A DNA stretch of 64,000 nucleotides from Candidatus Omnitrophota bacterium (lineage in GTDB: Bacteria; Omnitrophota; Gorgyraeia; Gygaellales; JAMWDD01): the NCBI GenBank assembly GCA_028717645.1, contig JAQUNK010000001.1, positions 68,794 through 132,793 of the forward strand. The letters run 5' to 3'. The position numbers and the translations under genes are program-made. Each line of letters opens with the position of its first letter. Position 1 is the first letter of the stretch. Shown here one piece after another: positions 9,451 through 17,046 of the stretch. The notes beneath the pieces were generated by a model, which had not been told where the DNA came from, searched no databases, and saw nothing but the letters and a program-made list of their open reading frames with translations.

Positions 9451-11117
9451 CCACTAGCCGCTTTTATCCATTACTGAGATTGGACGCCCTGAACAGTTTT
9501 GTGGTTCTGGCCATAGCGTTGTTCTCTGCCCTCACAATAATTTATTCTTTGAAATTCATAAAAGAAAAGCGGCTGCAATATTATACCTATATTATCCTGA
9601 CTGCTTTCGCCTCAATCGGGGTGGTCCTGGCGAACAATCTTATCCTGCTTCTGGTTTTCTGGGGATTTCTGGGCCTGACATTGTATCTATTGGTTAGCAT
9701 GGGCCAGGGCTCGACCGATGCGGCCAAAAAGACCTTGATCATCGTAGGCGGGTCAGACGCCTTGATGCTTTTGGGTGTGGCTATAATTTATTTTCTCACC
9801 GACACCTTTTATCTGGACGCAATAAGGCTGGAGTTTAACAGTAGCCTGGCGGTTATTTCCTATATCTGTATCGCCCTGGCTTGTTTTGCGAAAGCAGGGG
9901 CAATACCGCTACATACTTGGATACCCGACGCTGCTAAGTCAGCGCCTGCTCCGGTAGCCGCCTTTCTGCCTGCATCTTTGGATAAATTATTGGGGATCTA
10001 TTTATTAGCCCGCCTGAATCTGGACCTGTTCACGATGAATACGGCAATGAATACTTTCCTTATGGTTATTGGTGCAGTGACCATAATCACGGCGGTAATG
10101 ATGGCTTTGGTACAGCATAATTTAAAAAGGCTTTTGGGTTATCACGCGGTTTCACAGGTCGGTTATATGGTTTTAGGTATTGGTACGGGAAATCCCATTG
10201 GTATCGCCGGCGGGATATTCCATATGCTGAACCATGCCGTATACAAATCCTGTTTGTTCTTTACCGCGGGTAACATTGAATACCGCGCGAAAACGTCCGA
10301 ACTTGATGAATTAGGGGGATTGGCTAAATTGATGCCGGTTACTTATATTTCCTGTCTGGTAGCCAGCTTTTCCATATCCGGCGTACCGCCTTTTAATGGT
10401 TTCTTCTCTAAATGGATGATCTATCAGGGCCTGGTTACCCAATTACAGAGTGCGGATTACAGGATACAGGCGATAAATATCTTGTGCCTGGCAGCGGCTA
10501 TGTTCGGCTCAGGGCTTACCCTGGCCAGTTTTATGAAGCTAATTCATGCGGCATTTCTTGGCCAACCGAACAATGCGCTCATCCGGCGCTCGTTGCAAGG
10601 AGGGCATAAAGATGAGGTGCCATTCTCCATGTGGCTGCCGCCCTTGATATTAGCGGTTATCTGCGTTGTATTCGGTGTATTCGCTTATCAAATCCCGCTC
10701 AGGGTTTTTATTTTTCCCGCTGTGCCGGGAGTAGATTTTATCGGGACGTGGTTTGCCGGGTTATCTACTTTATTGATTGCTTCAGGACTTGTTTTAGGAT
10801 TATTTATATTTAGATCAAGAGGCCTGGGGTCTTTCATCCGGCAGGATGCGGCCTTTATGGGTTGTGAACCGGAAGACCTGGATAAACACCGGATCACCGG
10901 AATAGAATTTTATAACACGATAAAAGAATACGGCATATTAAAAGGGATTTATCAGAAGGCCGAATCAGGAGTTTATGATATCTACGAACAGGTCAAGAAG
11001 GTTTTGTCCGGCGCAGGCAGGTTCCTGCAATATCTGCATAACGGAGTACTGCCTTCGTATCTGATCTGGGCGCTTTTGGGAATGATCGGTTTATTCCTTA
11101 TTCTGATGAAGGGTTAA
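9447..11117 (+). CDS. NuoL/MrpA-like proton- or sodium-pumping antiporter subunit (also similar to MbhH).
   Basis: 556 aa with about 14 predicted TM segments. Conserved HAVYKSCLFF...GVPPFNGFFSK antiporter-domain motifs. Confidence 0.75.
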   Translation: MTTSRFYPLLRLDALNSFVVLAIALFSALTIIYSLKFIKEKRLQYYTYIILTAFASIGVVLANNLILLLVFWGFLGLTLYLLVSMGQGSTDAAKKTLIIVGGSDALMLLGVAIIYFLTDTFYLDAIRLEFNSSLAVISYICIALACFAKAGAIPLHTWIPDAAKSAPAPVAAFLPASLDKLLGIYLLARLNLDLFTMNTAMNTFLMVIGAVTIITAVMMALVQHNLKRLLGYHAVSQVGYMVLGIGTGNPIGIAGGIFHMLNHAVYKSCLFFTAGNIEYRAKTSELDELGGLAKLMPVTYISCLVASFSISGVPPFNGFFSKWMIYQGLVTQLQSADYRIQAINILCLAAAMFGSGLTLASFMKLIHAAFLGQPNNALIRRSLQGGHKDEVPFSMWLPPLILAVICVVFGVFAYQIPLRVFIFPAVPGVDFIGTWFAGLSTLLIASGLVLGLFIFRSRGLGSFIRQDAAFMGCEPEDLDKHRITGIEFYNTIKEYGILKGIYQKAESGVYDIYEQVKKVLSGAGRFLQYLHNGVLPSYLIWALLGMIGLFLILMKG

Positions 11118-11118
11118 G

Positions 11119-11637
11119 ATGGAAGTACATATTCTTTTGATATTCATGATTATCGGCGCAATAGTGGCTTTGGAGGCTAGAGACTTATTGTCGAGCGTGA
11201 TCGTGCTGGGGGTGGTGAGCTTTGCCCTCTGCTTGGCTTTTCTTATCCTTAAGGCACCGGACTTGGCTATTACGCAACTGGTGGTTGAGATTTTGTGTTT
11301 GATTATCCTGATCAGGGCAACGATCAAGCGGGACTTACCTCTGGCCATAGAAGGCCGCTGGATCTTTAATACCATTTCCACGGTAGTCTTTATTTGCGTG
11401 TTCCTTTATTTTGTCATGCTTGCCTTAAGAGAACTGCCTGTTTTCGGCGAGCCGATAATGGCCGTAGTGAGAGAATACCTGGAAAAAGGCAAGACCGAGA
11501 CCGGAGCGGTGAATCTAGTGACTGCGGTGGTCCTGAATTTCCGCGCCTACGATACGCTCGGTGAGGCGGCAGTCTTATTTACTTCTATCATCGGGATAGT
11601 GGCGGTTTTACGCAGCCCAGGGAAGAAGAAAGATTAG
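11119..11637 (+). CDS. Mrp-complex membrane subunit, MnhB-like DUF4040 domain (similar to MbhD/E).
   Basis: APDLAITQLVVE motif and four predicted TM segments. Confidence 0.6.
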   Translation: MEVHILLIFMIIGAIVALEARDLLSSVIVLGVVSFALCLAFLILKAPDLAITQLVVEILCLIILIRATIKRDLPLAIEGRWIFNTISTVVFICVFLYFVMLALRELPVFGEPIMAVVREYLEKGKTETGAVNLVTAVVLNFRAYDTLGEAAVLFTSIIGIVAVLRSPGKKKD

Positions 11638-12087
11638 ATGGAAAATAAACCAAAGACAGGTATGAGCCTGATAGTCAAGACGATCACCCGCTTGATCGTG
11701 GGTTTAGTTTTGCTTTTCGGCATATATATTGTTTTGCACGGGCATCTTTCTCCGGGTGGTGGTTTTTCCGGAGGGGTGATCGTGGCCTTGTCCTTTGTGC
11801 TGATGATGCTTGCTTTCGGAGAAGACGTGGCTGTGGCAAAAATTTCCAGGAATCTTGCCTCTAACCTGGAAAGTATCGGCGCGCTGATGTTTTTATTCAT
11901 CGCTATTTTAGGTTTTCTGGGCGGTTCATTCTTCTTGAATATATTATCTACGGGAACACCTTTTAAATTATTTAGCGCAGGCACGATTATTTTAAGCAAT
12001 ATTTCTATCGGGATAAAAGTAGGCATAGGATTATTTGCCATATTCCTGGCTTTAGTAATTTTGGAAAAGACAAAGAGGGAAAGGTAA
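11638..12087 (+). CDS. Na+/H+ antiporter subunit B (MnhB/MrpB).
   Basis: HLSPGGGFSGG motif characteristic of the MnhB domain, in a small membrane protein. Confidence 0.65.
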   Translation: MENKPKTGMSLIVKTITRLIVGLVLLFGIYIVLHGHLSPGGGFSGGVIVALSFVLMMLAFGEDVAVAKISRNLASNLESIGALMFLFIAILGFLGGSFFLNILSTGTPFKLFSAGTIILSNISIGIKVGIGLFAIFLALVILEKTKRER

Positions 12088-12091
12088 TTAA

Positions 12092-12430
12092 ATGAGCCTC
12101 TATATATTGTGCATGATATTGTTTTGCATAGGCATTTACGGAGTGCTGCGCAAGCGTAATTTAGTAAAAATTATCATCGGCTTGGCTATTATGGGCTATT
12201 CCATAAATTTATTTCTTGTTCTTTTAGGCTATCGCTTCCACGGCCGGGCGGCTATCGAGGCAGAAACCCAGGATATCTTAAGCATGGTTGACCCGTTGCC
12301 ACAGGCCATGGCGCTTACTTCGATCGTAATCAGTCTGGGGATCCTCGCTTTGGTTATTTCCATCGCCATCAGGATCTACGAAAAATACGGCACGTTCGAT
12401 ATTACCAAGATAAAGAGGCTGAAGGGTTAG
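12092..12430 (+). CDS. Na+/H+ antiporter subunit C (MnhC/MrpC, NuoK-like).
   Basis: 112 aa with three predicted TM segments and NuoK/MnhC-like sequence. Confidence 0.65.
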   Translation: MSLYILCMILFCIGIYGVLRKRNLVKIIIGLAIMGYSINLFLVLLGYRFHGRAAIEAETQDILSMVDPLPQAMALTSIVISLGILALVISIAIRIYEKYGTFDITKIKRLKG

Positions 12431-13939
12431 ATGAAAGACGTAAATATCATTCCTTTATTTGTGATCATTCCGCTTTTGACGGCTTTTTTGATCGCGCTGC
12501 TCGGTAAAACAATAAAAAACTTTTCCGAGAAGATAATTGTCGCAAGCAGCAGTTTGCTCCTGGCTTTTTCTTTGTATTCGCAGATATTGCTTAGGCACAC
12601 TCCGTTAAAGACCTTAGTTTACAATGTCGGCGGATGGCTTCCGCCTTTTGGGATATCCATGGTCTTGGACGGATTAAGCAGTTTTATGCTCATAGTCGTC
12701 AATTTGATCGCTTTCTTCGTGGCCGTATATTCCTTAAGCTATATGGAAAAATATACGGATAAGCCGAAATTCTTCACCTTATTTGCTTTGATGGTTTCTG
12801 GCTTAAATGGCGTAATCGTTACCGGGGATATATTCAATCTTTTCGTATTTTTGGAGATCGCTTCAATTGCCAGTTACGCGCTGGTTGCCTTTGGCACGCA
12901 AGCAGAGGAACTCGAAGCTTCGTTCAAATATACGATCATGGGTACAGTTGCTTCCAGTTTCATATTTCTCGGGATCGTTTTTCTCTATGGTTTTGCCTCG
13001 ACACTGAATATGGCGCACATGGCTTCGGTATTGAATTCTAAATTAAGCATCTGGCTCCTGCCTTTCGTAAGCGTTCTATTTCTGGCGGGTTTTAGTTTGA
13101 AAGCGGCAATGGTCCCTTTCCACGGTTGGCTTCCCGACGCACATTCATCGGCGCCCGCTTCAATTTCCGCTATGCTTTCTGGCGTGTTGATCAAGACGTT
13201 GGGTATTTATGCGATGATGAGAATCTTCTTCAATGTCTTAGGGATAACCCAGGCCCAGTTGAGCATACTGATGTTTTTAGGCTCGCTTTCTATAATTACA
13301 GGCGCGATACTGGCTTTTTCGCAGTGGGATTTCAAAAGATTATTGGCTTATTCTACCATTAGCCAGGTCGGCTATATTGTTTTAGGCCTTGGCTTGGGCA
13401 CGCCGTTGGGAATATTCGGCGCGTTATTCCATTTATTCAACCATTCGGTGTTTAAATCACTGCTTTTTTTAAATTCCGGAGCAGTAGACTATGCCGCCAG
13501 CACCCGAGACCTAAGAGAAACAGGGGGGTTAAACAAAGTAATGCCTGTGACTACCAAGACCAATTTTATCGCCTCGATGTCCATTTCCGGCATACCGCCA
13601 TTCAGTGGATTTTTCAGTAAGCTGATCATTATTTTTGCTTGTATCCAAAAGGGCCATATCGGATACGGCTTATGCGCGGTAATAGGGAGCATTTTAACCT
13701 TGATCTATTTTATGAAATTGCAAAAGTTCGTCTTTTTAGGCGAGCTGAAAGATAAATTTAAGCAGATAGCAGAAGTTCCTTACCTGATGAGGTTTTCTAT
13801 GATTTGCCTCGCTGCCATCTGTATTTTGGCAGGTTTTCTGCTTCTTCCTGCCTTAAGGCCATTTTTGGACAGGGCCTCGGATGTTTTATTGGGCGGTACT
13901 AATTATGCGGCCGCTGTTATGGGGGCTGCTCTAAGATAA
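12431..13939 (+). CDS. Na+/H+ antiporter subunit D (MnhD/MrpD, NuoM/N-like).
   Basis: 502 aa with about 14 predicted TM segments. WLPDAHSSAPASISAMLSGV and GIPPFSGFFSK antiporter motifs. Confidence 0.75.
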   Translation: MKDVNIIPLFVIIPLLTAFLIALLGKTIKNFSEKIIVASSSLLLAFSLYSQILLRHTPLKTLVYNVGGWLPPFGISMVLDGLSSFMLIVVNLIAFFVAVYSLSYMEKYTDKPKFFTLFALMVSGLNGVIVTGDIFNLFVFLEIASIASYALVAFGTQAEELEASFKYTIMGTVASSFIFLGIVFLYGFASTLNMAHMASVLNSKLSIWLLPFVSVLFLAGFSLKAAMVPFHGWLPDAHSSAPASISAMLSGVLIKTLGIYAMMRIFFNVLGITQAQLSILMFLGSLSIITGAILAFSQWDFKRLLAYSTISQVGYIVLGLGLGTPLGIFGALFHLFNHSVFKSLLFLNSGAVDYAASTRDLRETGGLNKVMPVTTKTNFIASMSISGIPPFSGFFSKLIIIFACIQKGHIGYGLCAVIGSILTLIYFMKLQKFVFLGELKDKFKQIAEVPYLMRFSMICLAAICILAGFLLLPALRPFLDRASDVLLGGTNYAAAVMGAALR

Positions 13940-14433
13940 TGAAAAACAAAATTACTTTATTTATTATCTGGTATATCCTTTGGATGTGCTTAACCTGGCC
14001 GTTCGACCCTGAGCACGCGATAGTAGGTATCGCCGTTGCGGGATTCATTACCTTTATTACTAGTGATCTATTTACGCCGAGGCTGGAACATTTTGGCCAG
14101 ATAAACAGGTATTTATGGTTTTTCTATTTCGTATTTTTGTTCCTCGGGGAGTGTTTAAAGGCAAATATCAATGTGGCAATAAGGGTTCTTAACCCAAAAT
14201 TACCTATTCATCCCGGTATTGTTAAGGTAAAGACAGATTTGAAATCGGAGATAGGCATCACCTTTTTGGGAAATTGTCTTACACTTGCCTCGGGCACACT
14301 CTGTGTAGATGTTGACCAGGAAAGAAGATTTCTTTATGTCCACTCACTTGATGTCAAATCTCAAGATACTGGAGAATCAGCGCAATTGATCGTAAATAAG
14401 TTTGAAAAAGTTCTAGAGAGGATTTTTGAATGA
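13939..14433 (+). CDS. Na+/H+ antiporter subunit E (MnhE/MrpE).
   Basis: Size, N-terminal TM pair, and position between the mrpD and mrpF homologs. Confidence 0.55.
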   Translation: MKNKITLFIIWYILWMCLTWPFDPEHAIVGIAVAGFITFITSDLFTPRLEHFGQINRYLWFFYFVFLFLGECLKANINVAIRVLNPKLPIHPGIVKVKTDLKSEIGITFLGNCLTLASGTLCVDVDQERRFLYVHSLDVKSQDTGESAQLIVNKFEKVLERIFE

Positions 14434-14792
14434 TGAAGACCCTACGTTATTTCCTGGGCATGATCTTACTATTAGCGGCGTTATTATTGGTGAGCCTTTA
14501 CCCGTTACCGTCGCTATTGAATTGGCAGTCGCCTTTTTTGGCGCACTGTTTTTTCATCTTCATGCTTTGTTTCCTGATCTGTATTATTAGGATAATTATC
14601 GGGCCGACCTCTGCGGACAGGGCGGTGGTCATCAATACTTTGGGGATCTTTATTGTCGGTTTCTGCGCCATATTAAGTATTCCCACGGGCAGGGATTGGT
14701 ATCTGGATATTGCCATTGCCTGGGCGCTGCAGAGCTTCGTGGGGGCCCTCGCCTTTGCCAAGTATTTAGAGGGAAGGGGGTTCGATGAATAA
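14430..14792 (+). CDS. Na+/H+ antiporter subunit F (MnhF/MrpF).
   Basis: 120 aa with three predicted TM segments, at the MrpF position. Confidence 0.55.
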   Translation: MMKTLRYFLGMILLLAALLLVSLYPLPSLLNWQSPFLAHCFFIFMLCFLICIIRIIIGPTSADRAVVINTLGIFIVGFCAILSIPTGRDWYLDIAIAWALQSFVGALAFAKYLEGRGFDE

Positions 14793-15108
14793 TATTATCG
14801 GCACCGTATTTATTATTATAGGGTTGGTATTCGATGTTATCGGCTGTATCGGGCTTATTCGTTTTCCCGATGTCTACAGCCGTTTGCAGTCCAGTACCAA
14901 ATGCGCTGTTTTAGGCACTGTAAGCATTCTTCTCGGTACTTTTATTATCAGAGGGGTGAGCCCCACGGGCGTCAAGGCGTTTTTAACCGCGGTATTTTTG
15001 TTGCTTACTGCACCCGTAGCAGCGCATGCACTGGCGCGAGGCGCATATAAGTCTGCGGCAAGGCTTTGGGAAAAATCTGTTTGCGACGATTACGCTGAAA
15101 ATAAGTGA
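14785..15108 (+). CDS. Na+/H+ antiporter subunit G (MnhG/MrpG).
   Basis: GLIRFPDVYSRLQSSTK matches the MnhG signature (RFPD.Y.RLHA). Confidence 0.7.
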   Translation: MNNIIGTVFIIIGLVFDVIGCIGLIRFPDVYSRLQSSTKCAVLGTVSILLGTFIIRGVSPTGVKAFLTAVFLLLTAPVAAHALARGAYKSAARLWEKSVCDDYAENK

Positions 15109-15118
15109 GGACACAATC

Positions 15119-15718
15119 TTGAGATATCCTAAATTACGTGAATTAAAAGAAGCGATCAAGGCCCTGATCAAGGGGCCATATACGTCCAAGTTCCCCTTAA
15201 AGGCGCATAAACCTTTCCCGCGGTTCAGGGGCAGGCCCGAATACCATGAAGAGGATTGCGTAGGTTGTGGCGCCTGTTTTCAGGTCTGTCCGGCCAAAGC
15301 CATTGAAATGCAGGATATCGGAACAAAGAGGATCCTGACCGTACATTGGGATATGTGCGTTTTCTGCGGGCAATGCCAGGCAAATTGCATTACGGAGAAA
15401 GGTATTATGCTTTCAAACGAATTCGATCTGGCTACTACTGAGAAGAGGGAAGACCTTAAGCAGGAAATAGAAAAAGAATTCGTAGTTTGCACTTGCTGTG
15501 GTGAAAGGATCGTGCCGCGCGACCATATTTTATGGGTGGCCAAAAAGGTTGGTCCGCTGGTATTTTCAAACGCTTCTTTAATGCTTTTCTATTTAGAGAA
15601 CCTTGGAGTATCTGAGGAAAGCAAATCTTCTAAACCATCTGCGCAGGAATTTTCACGCGCCGACAGGATAAAAGTGCTTTGTCCCAAGTGCCGGCGCGAG
15701 GCAGTGATCCAATCCTAA
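15119..15718 (+). CDS. NuoI-like 2x[4Fe-4S] ferredoxin subunit (similar to MbhN), with a C-terminal CxxC...CxxC zinc-ribbon extension.
   Basis: CVGCGACFQVCP and CVFCGQCQANC motifs, plus C-terminal CTCCGER...CPKC. The ORF-track start at 15026 overlaps mnhG by 83 nt. A TTG at 15119 preceded by GTGAGGA (SD-like) is the more likely start. Confidence 0.6.
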   Translation: MRYPKLRELKEAIKALIKGPYTSKFPLKAHKPFPRFRGRPEYHEEDCVGCGACFQVCPAKAIEMQDIGTKRILTVHWDMCVFCGQCQANCITEKGIMLSNEFDLATTEKREDLKQEIEKEFVVCTCCGERIVPRDHILWVAKKVGPLVFSNASLMLFYLENLGVSEESKSSKPSAQEFSRADRIKVLCPKCRREAVIQS

Positions 15719-15740
15719 GCGAATCTAACCTTATTTTAAA

Positions 15741-16919
15741 ATGTGTTATTCTATTCCCGGTAAAGTTATCGCGATCAAAGAAAACATCGTTTCGGTCGAC
15801 TATTTTGGCGAAGATAAGAAAGCAAAAAATGATTTTTTCACGCTAAAATTAGGCGACTATGTTTATGCGCAGGGCGGCTTTGTGGTGCAGAAGATCTCTG
15901 AACGAGAGGCGCTGCCGGTTCTGGAAAGCTGGAAGGAGCTCTTTGTTAAACTCCAAGAGGCGGACCTTAAGCTTTCGCAAAACCCCAAGACGCTTTATCA
16001 GCGGGCAAACTATATCCGCAATAAATATCTGGGCAATGCCTGTTGTATCCACGGGATCATTGAATTTTCCAATTATTGCCGTTCGGATTGCCTTTATTGC
16101 GGGATAAGAAAAAGCAATACCGTGCTTAAGCGCTACCGCATGGAACCAGAGGAGATAGTAAAGACGGCGGTGGATGCGGTAAAAACTTTAGGTTTTAAGG
16201 CGCTGGTGCTACAATCCGGCGAAGATACCTGGTATGATGACGATAAGCTTGTGGAGATAGTCAAAAAAATAAGGGAAAAAGCCGCGGTCCTCTTGGTTCT
16301 AAGCATCGGAGAAAGGGGCATAAAAACATATCAGAAACTTTATGATGCTGGGGCACGCGGAGCGCTCCTGCGTTTTGAAACAAGCAATCCGGCTTTGTAT
16401 GAGAAGATGCGGCCGGCTCACAAACTAGCGGAGCGTGTGGAATTGCTTAAAGAATTACGTGAAATGGGTTATCTGACCATGACCGGATTCCTGATCGGCA
16501 CACCCGGCCAGACAGATGAAGATATCCAAAATGATATCAAGCTTACCGCTAGCCTCGGTACGGATATGTTTTCCTTTGGCCCGTTCATCCCACATCCGGG
16601 CACACCCTTAGGTAAAAATTCTGCGCCTGGGCTAGACCGCGTTTTAAGCGTAATTGCCAATACCCGCCTAAGCTACCCAGAGGCAAAGATCCTGGTGACC
16701 ACGGCCATGGAGACACTGGATAAAGAGAATGGGATGAAGTTCGGGCTTTTATCTGGAGGCAATTCGCTGATGGTAAATTTGACTCCTGCCCAATACCAGC
16801 GGCTCTACGATATCTACCCGGATCGGGCAGGTGTCGCAGAAGACGTTGTCCAAAGAATCAATTCTGCAATAAAATTACTCTATTCCCTTGGCCGCGCACC
16901 GGCTGACCTCGGCCTCTAA
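15741..16919 (+). CDS. Fusion protein with an N-terminal HypC/HupF-like domain joined to a HydE-type radical SAM enzyme ([FeFe]-hydrogenase maturase family).
   Basis: The N-terminus MCYSIPGKV...GDYVYAQGGFVVQKISEREA matches the HypC fold (MCxxxP, GD.V.V..GFA...EA). The remainder is colinear with HydE: IIEFSNYCRSDCLYCGIRKSN...RYRMEPEEIV, LVLQSGED, FIPHPGTPL, NLTPAQYQRLYDIYP. Confidence 0.7.
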   Translation: MCYSIPGKVIAIKENIVSVDYFGEDKKAKNDFFTLKLGDYVYAQGGFVVQKISEREALPVLESWKELFVKLQEADLKLSQNPKTLYQRANYIRNKYLGNACCIHGIIEFSNYCRSDCLYCGIRKSNTVLKRYRMEPEEIVKTAVDAVKTLGFKALVLQSGEDTWYDDDKLVEIVKKIREKAAVLLVLSIGERGIKTYQKLYDAGARGALLRFETSNPALYEKMRPAHKLAERVELLKELREMGYLTMTGFLIGTPGQTDEDIQNDIKLTASLGTDMFSFGPFIPHPGTPLGKNSAPGLDRVLSVIANTRLSYPEAKILVTTAMETLDKENGMKFGLLSGGNSLMVNLTPAQYQRLYDIYPDRAGVAEDVVQRINSAIKLLYSLGRAPADLGL

Positions 16920-16990
16920 AAGCTAATCAAAACACGCCGCTCGAAATCAGCCCAAGCCACCCGCCCCTGACCCGTGCATATTAATATTTC

Positions 16991-17020
16991 TTGCAAGACT
17001 TATCCGGCCGAGGTTATAAT
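16991..17020 (+). promoter_or_regulatory. Sigma70-like promoter (TTGCAA-17/18 nt-TATAAT) for nadE.
   Basis: TTGCAA at 16991-16996 and TATAAT at 17015-17020. The SD AAGGAG lies 6 nt before the ATG at 17047. Confidence 0.5.
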
Positions 17021-17046
17021 ATAGGTTAAATTATGAAGGAGACGGA

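Noticed and set aside
15026-15118. The N-terminal 31 codons of the ORF-track NuoI-like call, overlapping mnhG.
   Set aside because: An 83-nt overlap with no start codon evidence. The TTG at 15119 with an upstream SD-like GTGAGGA is a better start. The extended ORF is probably just an open frame.
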